Part shown: piece by piece, positions 35,441 to 47,870 of the stretch
Position numbering within the stretch: position 1 is the stretch's first letter
How the letters are laid out: the number at the start of each line of letters is the position of its first letter
Source: Vairimorpha necatrix
Lineage: Eukaryota
Assembly: GCA_036630325.1 (NCBI GenBank)
Contig: CP142727.1
Span: 434,001 to 498,000 of the forward strand
DNA length: 64,000 bases
Reading direction: 5' to 3'
Made by a program: the position numbers and the translations under genes
Notes under the pieces: generated by a model
What the model saw: only the letters and a program-made list of their open reading frames with translations
What the model was told of the DNA's origin: nothing
The model's database searches: none

Positions 35441-38400
35441 ATGTCTAAAATTCACAAATATTTAAGGAAACTTATAAAATCAAAATTTCATAATAAAATT
35501 AGTAAGAAAAAATCAAAAGAAATTTACAAAGATTTGAAAATTAATAAAGAGACAAATTTCATAAATAACATTTTGTCAACTGATACATCGGACAATACAA
35601 AATATAAAAAACTAAAAAAATACTGGAATTATAAACTAAGTGAAAATGATATCGAATTTATAAATAATACACTGACACAACAGGACAAAATTTGTTTTAT
35701 AAACAACAAATTTGTAACAAATCAAAGGGCTTTGATTTGTTATAAAAAAAATTTTAAAGAATTTTTTAAATATCAAATTTCTGGTAAAAATTTCGAAAAA
35801 TTGTCACCAATTTTCCGAGATTTCATTTTGTACAACACAACCTATTCACCAGAAAATTTTCAAATTTTTGATATAAAATCTCAAATTTATAAACCTCATG
35901 AACAAAGACTAATTTCTAAAAATACAAAAGATTTACAATATTTTGATTATAATTCAATTCCTGAAGATTTTATTATTTTTATGAAAAATAATAAAATTCC
36001 AGACTTAAATAAAATTCAACGTATTGTCAGTTCTGTCGCTTTAAATACAAATGAAAATTTTTTAATTTGTGCACCAACAGGAGTTGGTAAAACAACTATA
36101 GCTATTATGACAATTTTTCGAATTCTAAATCAAAACCCTAAAATTTGTTATATTGCACCAATGAAATCTTTATCAAATGAAATTTATAAAATTTTATCAA
36201 AAATTTTTAAAACTTTAAAAATTTTCGAATGTACTTCAGACACTCAAATATCAAAAATTGATATATTAAATTTTAATATTTTGGTAGGGACACCTGAAAA
36301 AATGGAAATTTTAATGAGAAACAATTGTATCTTAAATTTTGATTTAATTATTTTTGATGAAATACATATTTTAAATGAAATACGTGGGTATGTTATAGAA
36401 AGTCTAGTAATGCGACTTAATAAAACCAGGATGGTTGGTATGTCAGCTACTATTTATAATTATGAAGATGTAGGAAATTTTTTACAATGTGCTTCCGATA
36501 ATATTTTTTATTTTAATGAAAATTATAGACCAGTGCCAATTTCATATGAATTAGTGCAGAGTTTGAATTATAAAATAGATTTATTGGATTTAATAAAAGA
36601 AAATAAAGGGCCATTTCTAGTATTTGTACATTCTAGAAAGGATACAGTAGAAATAGCAGAATTTTTGATTAATTATTTAGACAAAAAAAATTTTGTTGCG
36701 TGCCAAGACGACGAGTGTCAAATTTGTAAAATTGATACAAAATTTTTTGATAAATTTTTTTCTTATGGCGTGGGAGTACACAATTCCGACTTATCAAAAG
36801 ATGTGAAGTCTAAAATTGAACATTTGTATAAATCTGGTATTCTTAATATTTTAGTTAGTACATCTACTCTGTCTTATGGTATTAATTTACCAGTAGAGAC
36901 GGTTATTATAATGGGAACTAAGTTTTATAACAAAAATATAGGCGACTTTGAAGATTTAAATAGCATGGCAATCAAGCAAATGATTGGGCGAGCTGGTCGT
37001 ACCAAAAAGACTACAAGTATTGAAATCGAATCAAATCAAGGAACAGATCAACCTGAAAATAGTTCGTATAAATGTAAAGGAATTGTGCTATCTGAAACTC
37101 TTATTGATTCATTTTTCTATGAACAAACAATAGAAAGTCAACTACTTGAAAACATCCACAATGTCATTTTGTCGCAAATCGATAATCTAAAATCTGCTTC
37201 AGAAATATTTAAATGGTTTACTAAGTCATATTTTTACATAAGACTTCGTAAAATAAATCCACAATATTTTGATTATTCCATGTCTCTCATACACACAGTT
37301 ATAAAAAATTTAACAAATTGTAAAATGTTAAATAGAAATAATAAACTAACCCATTTGGGACGAATTACTACAAAATACTTCGTAGATTATAAAGATGCAT
37401 ACGATTTATATAAAAATATCAAAAATATAATGCTTGATTCGTCCTTATTAGATCTTTTAAACATTTTTTTTAAAAATTGTAAACTCAAAGATTTTACAAA
37501 AATTAATTTCCCAATCCCGTCGAGATCAGAAATTGCTAAAATTTATCAGATTTATGTCTCTGGTAAAGACAAATGCGATACTTTGGATGACAATTTGAGT
37601 AGAATTTTTAAATGCATTTTGGACATTTCCTTATATAAAAAATTGTATGTAAGTAGATTAGTAGTGGAATATTACAAATCTTCTATACACAAGAAATTTA
37701 TTTATCAAAAACCAGTACCACTTGAATTTTCAATACGGGCAGATTTTTTTGGAAAATTTTTAAGATTAAAAATTGTACCTACCCAAAAATACCAGAAATG
37801 CTTAATTTTAATAATTCATGATGATAAATTGTTAGTGTCAGATTTGTTGTATAAAAATAATATAAAATATTATAAAATACCGAAATATAAATTTTATGAG
37901 ATAAATATCATCAGTATGGAAACTTTAAACTCGTCATATAAAAAAACTATAAAAAGAGTCGAGTCAAATTTTCAATATAAAATTTTTAAATTTAAAAAAA
38001 TTTACAAGTGTAAATTTTTGGAATTCCACGACCAGTTAAATTATTTTTTAAATCATTTTGATTCTCAGTCTCAAATTGTAGTAGCAAATGAATATATTAG
38101 AAAATTCTTCTTATTAAAATGTAAAGAGACCTCTTTATATTCGAAAAATCAAACTATCAAGAATTTAGTAGACATTTCTGGAGATATAAATATATCAGAA
38201 ATCGAGAATAAAGACAAGATAGTCTTGTATTCAAATAATATTTACATTGAAGTAGAAGAAAATGACGACTTGTTTATATCTAAGAATTCTATAGAATATA
38301 TTGAAAAAAGTATCAAAAATAATATGAACATGACTAGTTTAGTAAAATTGATCTTCAGTCTACCAGAAATGTATAAAGAAATTACAATAGAAAAATATAA

Positions 38401-38791
38401 AAAAGCAACGGGAGCCGAACTCGGACAAGAATGTGTACTTTTTTATAAAAGTCTCTACGATTTAGAAGAATACGATTTTGGACGAGTAAAATTATGCCTT
38501 AATATTTTTATAGAAAAATGTAGTGAGAAAGGGTACCTGAAGACAATGCTAAATATTTTATTTTTATTACAGAAGATTAATAAATCAAATGAAAAATTTT
38601 TTAAGGTAGAAAAAAATGAAGACGAAGTCTTCATTTTAACAAGACAGGAAAGTAATTTTTATATTTTTAATAATGAAGGAAAATATAAATACTTAGAAAA
38701 ATTGAATAATAAAACGAAAATTGAAATATTTGAAGGAACAAATTATGTATTAAGTGATATTTGTAAAGGATATGAAATAGTAAAGAAATAA
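35441..38791 (+). CDS. Ski2-like SF2 helicase (Brr2/Slh1/Mer3 group, single helicase cassette)
   Basis: APTGVGKT, YIAPMKSL, TPEK, DEIH, GMSAT, LVFVHSRK, STSTLSYGINLP and QMIGRAGR motifs. ATG 35441 follows CCC. The frame is open from 35354. Confidence 0.9.
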   Translation: MSKIHKYLRKLIKSKFHNKISKKKSKEIYKDLKINKETNFINNILSTDTSDNTKYKKLKKYWNYKLSENDIEFINNTLTQQDKICFINNKFVTNQRALICYKKNFKEFFKYQISGKNFEKLSPIFRDFILYNTTYSPENFQIFDIKSQIYKPHEQRLISKNTKDLQYFDYNSIPEDFIIFMKNNKIPDLNKIQRIVSSVALNTNENFLICAPTGVGKTTIAIMTIFRILNQNPKICYIAPMKSLSNEIYKILSKIFKTLKIFECTSDTQISKIDILNFNILVGTPEKMEILMRNNCILNFDLIIFDEIHILNEIRGYVIESLVMRLNKTRMVGMSATIYNYEDVGNFLQCASDNIFYFNENYRPVPISYELVQSLNYKIDLLDLIKENKGPFLVFVHSRKDTVEIAEFLINYLDKKNFVACQDDECQICKIDTKFFDKFFSYGVGVHNSDLSKDVKSKIEHLYKSGILNILVSTSTLSYGINLPVETVIIMGTKFYNKNIGDFEDLNSMAIKQMIGRAGRTKKTTSIEIESNQGTDQPENSSYKCKGIVLSETLIDSFFYEQTIESQLLENIHNVILSQIDNLKSASEIFKWFTKSYFYIRLRKINPQYFDYSMSLIHTVIKNLTNCKMLNRNNKLTHLGRITTKYFVDYKDAYDLYKNIKNIMLDSSLLDLLNIFFKNCKLKDFTKINFPIPSRSEIAKIYQIYVSGKDKCDTLDDNLSRIFKCILDISLYKKLYVSRLVVEYYKSSIHKKFIYQKPVPLEFSIRADFFGKFLRLKIVPTQKYQKCLILIIHDDKLLVSDLLYKNNIKYYKIPKYKFYEINIISMETLNSSYKKTIKRVESNFQYKIFKFKKIYKCKFLEFHDQLNYFLNHFDSQSQIVVANEYIRKFFLLKCKETSLYSKNQTIKNLVDISGDINISEIENKDKIVLYSNNIYIEVEENDDLFISKNSIEYIEKSIKNNMNMTSLVKLIFSLPEMYKEITIEKYKKATGAELGQECVLFYKSLYDLEEYDFGRVKLCLNIFIEKCSEKGYLKTMLNILFLLQKINKSNEKFFKVEKNEDEVFILTRQESNFYIFNNEGKYKYLEKLNNKTKIEIFEGTNYVLSDICKGYEIVKK

Positions 38792-39025
38792 AAAATTTTA
38801 TAAATACGCATTTTATATCAAAACAAACAAATTTATAAACAAGTCTAGTAGGAAACAAATCTATAAAATCGTATTATAAAAATTAAGTTAGAAAAATTTT
38901 AAACAATAACAAATTTATTAAAATTTAATAATATCTAGTCTATTAAAATAAGTAACAAAAATAAGTCTGTAAAAATTTAGAGTAAACAACAACCCTAATG
39001 AAATTTTAGTAAAAATTTTTATTTT

Positions 39026-40198
39026 TTAACACTTATTTATATGACAAATATTTTCTAATTTCTTAATCTGTTCCAAGCAATCTTTCTCCATAGAATGATC
39101 TTCTTTACTGTCATACAATATAAGTGACATGTCACTATGATTTAATATTCCATTAATTTCCTTATCTAATATCATTTTTCTTACTCTTTTTTCTATTTCA
39201 TTCATTTCAAAGTTTAATTCTTTACAAATAAAATCTAAATAAATGACAGAATAAGACTCAATTATCTTTAGAATATTATTTTCCAATAAAATGTCATAAA
39301 GATATCCAAGATGAGAAGTCATAAATTCGTCATTCTCTATAAGTGACTTGTTTTCATTTAATAAATCCAAATATAATCTCAAATTTCTTTCTGTACAACA
39401 TTTTCCAATTTTTATTAGCAATTGGACGACCGCGTCAGGCACATGGCGGGTCGCGTTTTTATTCTTGAAAATTGTATCAATTTCATTTTGATTTTTACTT
39501 ATAATTTTACTTAAAATGAGGTATCTAAGAGAAATACAAGCATAGTCATATTTCTTATCAATTGTAAATCCTTCTATAGACTCTAAGAAATATGAGAAAG
39601 CTGTCTTGTAATTTCTTTCATCACATAAATACATTCCATTAAAGAGGTCAATTTGGGCTTGTAATTCGTACGAACAATACGTGCTGACGGCCAAAGCGCG
39701 CGCGGCCGTCAGACTTGATTTCGCCCTATTAAAATTTTTAATTTTATAAAAAGCTTTAGATTCATAAACATACAAACCTATCAAATTATTTTTATCATCA
39801 AACTTCTTCAAATCTTTAGCAATTTCTTTTATACGAGTAAGTGCTTCATGATATTTTGACACATAAATGTAGACATAAATTCTTTTACATTCCAAATCAA
39901 GTCTAAGAAGATTTTTATTATCTTTTGTAGCCCATTCAATTAAATCGTCAAGAACTTTACTCATGTTTTCTAAAGTGGCGAAATCGCATGGGACCATGTC
40001 AAATATTTTTTTTATTATTTTTGTAATTCTGGCAGTTGTAATATTTGACCAAGATTCTTTAATATTTATAATATTCATCTTAAGTGAATCAAAGTCATTA
40101 TTTTCAAGTGAAAACTTTTGTATTTCCAGAAAAGCTACTTCTTTTTCTTCTTGTGATGCATTTTTGTCACTTAGTATTGCTCTTAATTGGTCGCTCAT
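39026..40198 (-). CDS. RPN6: 26S proteasome lid subunit Rpn6 (PCI domain)
   Basis: LKKFDDK, ESKAFY, AKSSLTAARALA, YKTAFSYFLES and MILDKEINGIL motifs. CCC before the ATG. Confidence 0.92.
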   Translation of the reverse strand: MSDQLRAILSDKNASQEEKEVAFLEIQKFSLENNDFDSLKMNIINIKESWSNITTARITKIIKKIFDMVPCDFATLENMSKVLDDLIEWATKDNKNLLRLDLECKRIYVYIYVSKYHEALTRIKEIAKDLKKFDDKNNLIGLYVYESKAFYKIKNFNRAKSSLTAARALAVSTYCSYELQAQIDLFNGMYLCDERNYKTAFSYFLESIEGFTIDKKYDYACISLRYLILSKIISKNQNEIDTIFKNKNATRHVPDAVVQLLIKIGKCCTERNLRLYLDLLNENKSLIENDEFMTSHLGYLYDILLENNILKIIESYSVIYLDFICKELNFEMNEIEKRVRKMILDKEINGILNHSDMSLILYDSKEDHSMEKDCLEQIKKLENICHINKC

Positions 40199-41545
40199 TT
40201 TTAAGGGCTAGATTTCTAAACAAAAAAAAACAATATTTGCTTTTCAAAAAAAAAAATCTTTGTATTGAAATTTACAACGTAAAGTCATTGTGTTAAAATA
40301 AGAGGCATTTCTTATTTGAATTGAACTAAATAAATTTTTTTGTAATGTTTTTATTACGAAAATATATTTTAAATACAAAACAAGTAGTTTTGTACTATCA
40401 GAGATAGTCGAAATTATGAACGTTTTTGGGATATGTTTGAAGTTTTGTTTAGGTTTAATATTCCTAAAAATCCCAATTCCATTTCTTAACAACTATTTAA
40501 AAATAAAACTAAGATTTGATTGTTTGGTGATTTTGATCATTTCGATTGCTTGTTTGTAAAATTTAAAATATTTTAATTAACATTAGAAATTAAACTGATA
40601 TTTTTTTTAAAATTAAATTTACAACATTTTCTTATTTTTATTGTTATTTGCAATTTGTATCTATATAAAACTTGCGTTTTCAAACGTTTTAAATTACACA
40701 GCGTCATTTATTTTTACTTCGCCAATCTCATTATACCTCTTAATAAGATCTGTTTAATTCTCTAAGTCAAATTACATGAATAATGTATAGTTAAGAGGTT
40801 TTTAAATCTGTCTTAAACCACGACACTTAGCAGCCAAAGTTACGCTATCCGCACAACCTTTTTTTGATATAAGATAATTTTTATTTTTTTTAAATCTATT
40901 TTCTAATCAAATATGAGATTTCAAGCGCATTTTATGATACTCACATAAAAATATGTCTAAATTTCTCGTGGTATCATTGATTTTATTTATTCATTGTTAA
41001 CAGAGCTCAATTCTTTCCATGTTTTTTCCCTGCACATTTAATAAGTCTGCAATTTTAAGGCATTGAATCAATTACCAATCTTTCCACACTACCTTTTATT
41101 TATATTCAAAACTTGTTTTTTTACAATTACATATATGTTTTAATCTACTATAATATAAAATCAAAACTATATTTTTTTTACAGATTAAATTAATACATTT
41201 GTATACGAATGTGTTTGCTCGTATAATTATACCATCCACCGATATCTTCGTTCATCTGTTTGATAATCCTATTAATGTACTTCATACAATATCTCAAGAT
41301 AAAAAAGAAGAAAAGTTTTACATATTGTTTTTTCTGCGCAGAAAATCAAATGGTTGTTTGCTGTACATCTTATGCCTAAGTGAACATATGTTTTCCTTTT
41401 CTCATTCTTGTTGTACATATGTTTACCATATTCAAAATGTAAATTGTTCTAAATTTTATATATTCTTGTATTACATAATTATATTGAAAAAAATATGAAG
41501 ATTTTTTATAATTTGTTCCTCTTTAAATAAGTCTAATACAGTGGA

Positions 41546-42335
41546 GGGGCTCTTAGCACAGTGGTAGAATGCAATGCTTCCATTGAGCAATGGCCGGGTT
41601 CGATTTCCAGGGGCACCAAAATTGGTTCTACTTTCTATAATGCAGTTGGAACAACTCAGATGATGAAAATGTCCACGATAATCATTAAGTTGATTCAATG
41701 AAACTTTGTAAGTCCAGCCACAAGGGGATTATCATCTAGTGTAGAAACGCACCTCAAAGCCAAAAAGCAGTATCACTCTTTGGTGACTTAATGATACATA
41801 AAAGTATCTAATGGGTACGGACTAGTTGGAGCCCATGGCTGGTGCACTCTAGAGTCGTATCCTAGAGCTAACTAAGAGACTAGACGAAGTAGGGCAATAG
41901 AAGGTCTCGTGGATCCTATCCTACAAGATTCTGTAACATGGTGGCCGAACCTAGTGAGAGACTGGTGGTCAACGCAGCCCAATAAAACCGCCGGGCTGGT
42001 GATGTGGTCGTGTAAGGAGCCGTGTGTGCAATATGGATGATTGTAGGGACCTTTGAGTCAGTACGATGATGTCTCTCCTCGGGTTATAGATAACCATGCC
42101 GGTTAAGTATATCCGCTGTGAGGTCACTCTGGACGCGATTTAAGGTATAAATGGGGAGTGTTTTCCTGGAGCCAAAGTCCAATGGATACGGCGGAGCTTG
42201 CTGCACCGGCAAGTTGTATGGAGGGAGTTTTAGTGAGTACAAATCTCACAGTACCAGTTGGATGAGGATCAATCAAATCCCTCTGGTCCCTATGTAAGGT
42301 TTCTCCCTGCCTCTTACTTGCAAGAAAAAAAAAAG
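41546..42335 (+). mobile_element. tRNA-headed SINE, best-preserved copy 1 (790 bp)
   Basis: tRNA-like head 41546-41618 with A box TAGCACAGTGG, B box GGTTCGATTTCC and terminal CCA. Then a GC-richer non-coding body and an oligo-A tail. 10-bp TSD ATACAGTGGA at 41536-41545 and 42336-42345. Confidence 0.9.
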
Positions 42336-43699
42336 ATACAGTGGATTTTTTTATATTATTTCATACTTCACAAAAGAGATAGTTTTTAAAAATATTTACT
42401 GATATAATGTTTTTATAAAAAGACTGGCTTGATTTATTCTTTATAAGTTTTAATATTTTGTTTATAAAATATTATATGTTATGTTACTGCGTAAAAATTA
42501 TTAGTCTGATGATTTATTCAATTATCTTTTCCAATGTTAAAGGGTCTATCAACTATTATCTCGCATTTTTCATTTTCATTATAATGCTAGATATATTTTG
42601 TCTCTTTTTTAATTATAAAATATATTTTTTTATCATTCTAAATTTACAACTATCTTTATACATTATCCGGACTATTTTGAATTTAAAGAAATTATTGCAA
42701 GAGTTGTAATTTCTACCTTATATTTAGGTGCGTAAAATAAATGTTGATGTAGCTAGTATTGGAAAATGTTTGTTTGACTGGTAAATCAGGATTACTGCAA
42801 CAATTCTAAGTTTAGAATAAAAAACAAAAAGAAGGTGCCGAGTAAATACAACCTAATGGCAGAATATACCTATTGAACTAAGATAGTACGTATAAAAAAA
42901 ACTGATTGGTTTGCAAGAGCCTGTATGTGTTTGTCTAACGAACGAAGTAACTTAATGACAAAATGAAGCTCTAGAAATATTGTAGGAAGTCATTATAGGT
43001 TTAAATTAGTATCACTAAATATGCAAACACGTTTATTCGAAGTAATATTATCAGCATTCTGAAATATCATTTAAAATAATCACATTAGTTTATTTTTATC
43101 TTCTTATTATGTGCGATTTTAGAAAATTGCATTTATAGTATTTTTATGAGGTATACACTATAGCTAAATTTTTTTTGGAAGCAGTGACCGAATTCCCTTT
43201 CATTTTATGTAATTTTTTTCTTAATATAATTTGACATTCACAAGAAATTTTTTTGTTAATTACAGATTATTTTTAAAATACAAACTTTAAATATCTTTAA
43301 ATTTTGTGTTTTTAGAATTTTTATAAATATACTTTTTCAAAAAAATAATTAAGTTAAATGAGTTTTTAAATTTTGAAAAATTCTATTTAAATGTCATCAT
43401 TAGTATTTTAAGTTTTTTGTATAAACTATATAAGATATAAGCCAGCTTTTGACTACTCTAATTGTATTGCTTTCATCTTGCAGTTACAGTCTTAGATTTA
43501 GTAATTGCATCCCAGTTAATAGTGCTTATTCTGTAGGAAATGTTTAGTTAATTTATACATAAAAAACATTTTGAAGCAAAGTACTAAGAGGGACACAATA
43601 TTTTTGTGTACCAGTAATGTCTTCAAAACCAAATAAACTCGATTCAATTATATTTTTCGCCTATTATTTTTTATTATTTAAATTTTTTACATGGGTTTA

Positions 43700-44481
43700 T
43701 ATTGCCTTGGCAGTGGTCGAAGGCGATGCTTAATTGAGCAAAGGCTAGGTTCGAATCTAGGGCAACCAAAAATAGGTTTACTTTCTATGCTGCAGTTGGA
43801 ACACTTAGATGATGAAAATGTCCACGATAATAATTAAGTATATTTTGAGAAACTAGTGTGCATCCAGCAATAATAAAATTGGCTCTAGTGTAAAAAAGCA
43901 CCTAAAGGTCAAAAAAATTTATCCCCCGTGGTGGCTTAATAGAACATAAAAGTATCTAATGGGTCGGGTCAAATTGGAGCATATGGCTGGTGCACTCTAG
44001 AGTGAAATCCTAGAACTAACTAAGAGACTAGACGTAGTAGGACATAGAAGGTCCTGAGGGCGCTAAATGGCCAGATTTTGTAACATGGTGGACGAAACTA
44101 GTGTAAACTGGTGGTAAACGCAGCGCAATACAAATGCCGGGCTTTTGATGTGGTAGTATAAAAAGCCTTTTATTCAATACAAATGGTTGTAGGGACCTTT
44201 GAGTTAGTACAATGATGTCTTTCATCGGGTTATAGATAACCATGCTCGTTAAGTATATCCGCTGTGAGGTCACTTTGGCCGCGATTTGAAGTATAAATGT
44301 AAAAAGTTCTCCTGGTGTCAAAAATCAAAAAATACGGCGGAGCTTGCTGCGCAGGGCAAGTTTTGTGGTAGGTGTTTTAGCGAAAAAAAAATCTTACAAC
44401 AACAGTTGGAATAAATTACATTCAAATACCTCTTGTACCTATGTAAAGTTTCTTTCTACTTGTTACTTGCAAAGAAAAAAA
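43700..44481 (+). mobile_element. tRNA-headed SINE, copy 2
   Basis: Collinear with copy 1 over its full length (e.g. GATGATGAAAATGTCCACGATAAT, TGGCTGGTGCACTCTAGAGT, TTAAGTATATCCGCTGTGAGGTCACT, TTACTTGCAA plus A tail). B box GGTTCGAATC. Confidence 0.9.
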
Positions 44482-45776
44482 CATAATTTTATTTAAAAAT
44501 AAAATTTCATACCACAAAATCATTACAAAGTGAATGTGATATATCTTTCTTTTATTAGGTAATAGTTTTGTATTTGCTTTTTATCTATAATATGTATATA
44601 TACTATTTTTTTAATTTTTAAAATGTTTTGCAAGCTAATTGAATTCTTGTTAGTAATATATATATATACGCAATAAATTTTTTTCAAAAATTTACATTAA
44701 AAACTTTATGCCTTCTAAAGTATTATGAAATCAGTTTTTTTGTTTATACGATATCGATGGGTATATTTTTTTATCTTATTTGGTCATAATACAGCCATGT
44801 AACTGTTTTTAGCTCTCGTTAGTGAGTTTGCTTCATTTTCACAAAAAAAAAACATTTAAATCTCTTCGAAAAACACTTATTAAATACAAGCATCAGTTAC
44901 AAGGATTTATCTACAACATAAAAAACAAATATATTGTAAAATGAGCAAGATTGTATCAGTACTTTATTTTTTTCTTTCGATATCGGAATAAAAATGTCAA
45001 ATATTTCATGTATTATAATCATAAACTACGTGTACAATTATAGATCAAAATTTCTCCGTTTCAAATATTATTTATAAAGTTTAAAATAAAATAGTAGTCA
45101 TAGTAGCTCAGTGTTATTTCGTTTAAATGTAATAATCTATGAGTTAGCTTAATTAAAATGTTTTGTCACCACATTTATTTTCTAACATATAAAAAGATAT
45201 TAAATTATTTTTCATAAAAATTCCATTCACAATATAACGACATTTGACACACATGACACATTATTAATAAATATTAAACATCGAACTGATAAACACAAAT
45301 TTGACATATTTAATCATAAAATTAAAAAAAAAGAGACTTATGCTCCTTAAAACATCTCAAATCTAATTCTAGAATTGTTGCTTATAAATTAATAATACTA
45401 AAAGAAAATTTGAATTTTTATATTATGAAGTGTCAAACATTTCGACACGTTTCTATATTGCCACTTGGCGGGCAGATTACATAAACAGATTTATTTAGTG
45501 AACAAATGTGCAAATTATAATAATTTTATCAAAATACAATTTTTTTTATGATGTATTTTTGTTACAAAGAAAATGTTTAATTTGAATAATGTTGCATAAA
45601 AAATGCACTTGTTTAGTACATTTAATTAATTGAAAAACAATATATGATTCAATTAATGTATCTATCTCGAATAACAAAGCGAACACATTACAGTACTCAT
45701 CATTAAATAATAAATATTATTTTATGTTTTATTTTTCAATATAAAAATATAAATACAAAAAAAAATTACCCTTAAG

Positions 45777-46247
45777 ATGTTTTTAATTTTTTTAATTTAC
45801 GCTCTTGCAATTAGAAAAATAAGTAAGGAAGAAATTGAAAAGATCATTGTTTTGACAAATGATGGAAAGTCCTATGTAGTAGATGGGAATAAATTTTCAA
45901 CCCGAAAACAGAATGAATATTGTATGGCCGAAGATTTGTTCATGGCCGAGAACGGCCAAGAAAATAATGAAAGAGAATCATTATTGACTCGAAAAAAAAG
46001 TTCACCAAAAAATAAAAAAGATGGAAAATGTTACACGTATAAGAAGGCTTTGATATTATCTTGCGTGTTAATTTTTAGTATTACTACTGTTGGAGCTTTA
46101 TTATATAATTATAAAGATAGCATTGGAAGTTTTCTATCGACATCTAAAATATTTTTTAATAATTTAAACGATTCTAATTTGAGCTCAACAAATAGCGAAG
46201 AACCGACATCTTCCCCAATTTATACTTCGTCGGAATATATACTTTAA
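45777..46247 (+). CDS. Small signal-peptide + single-TM protein, family member A
   Basis: CCC before the ATG, hydrophobic N-terminus, KEEIEKIIVLTNDGKS shared with the 58045 paralog, a TM segment and a Ser/Thr-rich tail. Confidence 0.8.
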   Translation: MFLIFLIYALAIRKISKEEIEKIIVLTNDGKSYVVDGNKFSTRKQNEYCMAEDLFMAENGQENNERESLLTRKKSSPKNKKDGKCYTYKKALILSCVLIFSITTVGALLYNYKDSIGSFLSTSKIFFNNLNDSNLSSTNSEEPTSSPIYTSSEYIL

Positions 46248-47559
46248 ATTAAAAAGTTTATTATAAAATGTATAAAGTTAAAATTTATAGGAACTCTTAT
46301 ACTGTGATTTATGTTATTTTTATATGTATCACATGGTTTATTGGATTACATTATAATATTCTATGTGATAATTTAAAATGATGTGGTAACTGATTGCCCC
46401 CGATACTATATAAAAAGCAGAATCTGAACTGCGAAATCGAGCATATCCCCAAGGAAGAATGATTAAAACGACACAGTAAATAATCTAAAGGTGCTGGTCA
46501 AATAGATGCAGAATAGGGGCTGAAAGTTATTACATAAAGCTATAAAGGTGTCTGCCAGACCATTTTATTATCTCGTGTAAGAATGTAATTTATAAATGTT
46601 TATATCTAATCCAAGATCATGTTGCAAGGCCTTGGATCTTAAATGTAACTTTTTTCACCGCAAAACCACGTAAGAGCTTCATTTATAGTTCCGAACGGTA
46701 TCATGTATGCAAACAAAGATCTTGTAATGACTAAAAGAATAATTGCGTCAAGCAAATATTGTCTGATATTGATCAGGACAAGATATTCGATAGCCCAATG
46801 TGAGAATCTCTAAGCAAAAGAGGTGGCTGATGTCGTTGAATCAAGAGTACTGTTAAAACTATTTGATTAATGAAGATATTTATTTAAATAAATAAAAAAA
46901 TTTTCTTTAGAATTATAAGTTGTCAGTGGAAGTTGTTTTAAAAAAAAGAATTTACAAACAATATAATTTTAGTGCATTTAAAGTATATGCGTAAATGAAA
47001 TGACATGAAAATACAAAAATACCCATTAAAGATGTTACTTATAAAAAAATTACTAATATTCATTAAAATGGTTAGAACGCTTTTTAGCATAGCATCAGAC
47101 CATATAGCAAAACGAGATTACGCTAAAATGATATTGTCTCAACATAAACACACTCTGATCTTTAGTATCCCTTTAAAAAATTTTTTTCTAGAATAAATGA
47201 GATTTTTTACAATTAATTTATAAAAGATCACTTTGAGATTTTCTCATATTTACGAATTTACAATGTTTTTGTTAAATATTTCACATAAATTGTTCTTTTC
47301 ATATTTTTTAATTCACAGCTTAAAATATACCAATAAAGATATAGTACAGTGCTTTACTTTATTATGCATAATTTATAAGTCAAGTTTAGAATTTTTTATT
47401 AAATCATTTTATATCATAATAATTCAAAAGTAGGTCTTGTAGCCTTTATAATTGTGATAAAGGTTACGTCTTTATTGCCTTTCATACTCCTACAATATCT
47501 TCTTCCTTCTTATGTTATTGAATAAATAATTTATTTTGGTATAATATAATTTTTTACTA

Positions 47560-47870
47560 CTAATTACTTTTCACAAGCTATACTCACAATTTCTCCTAAA
47601 AGTTTCTGAATATTCTCCTGAAATCCACATATTGTCCCTCTAATCTTCTTTCCTGTTCAGTATCAAGCCCATGTCTGATTAACATAATAAGCTTTCTAAA
47701 GTCATTTTAAGGGCTCTTGTCTGTATATATTCTTCCGATCTGGGCTCTAATCGAAGCTATTTGATATGCGAGCGGTGGAAATTAGATACTATTCCATTCC
47801 AAGTCATCTTAAAAGGAATAATTTTCGGCTTGTATTATAGAGAATGGCCACATGATTTGCAAGCCTATGA
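47560..47870 (-). mobile_element. Degenerate 3' remnant of an RLE non-LTR retrotransposon
   Basis: The minus strand translates as KPKIIPFKMTWNGIVSNFHRSHIK*LRLEPRSEEYIQTRALKMTLESL, homologous to the 2882 remnant. Confidence 0.75.

Noticed and set aside
39685-39712. GC-rich inverted repeat CTGACGGCC...GGCCGTCAG
   Set aside because: It falls within the conserved Rpn6 coding segment LTAARALAVS, with no independent evidence of function.
41546-41618. Functional tRNA gene
   Set aside because: The anticodon arm is non-canonical, and the sequence is the head of a repeated element with a TSD and A tail.
44028-44321. 97-aa ORF inside SINE copy 2
   Set aside because: Non-ATG start, and not listed as an ORF in the other copies.
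46390-46860. GC-richer patches as decayed genes or TEs (also ~6430-7250 and ~54950-55800)
   Set aside because: No sustained reading frame or recognisable motif by eye; needs tBLASTx.
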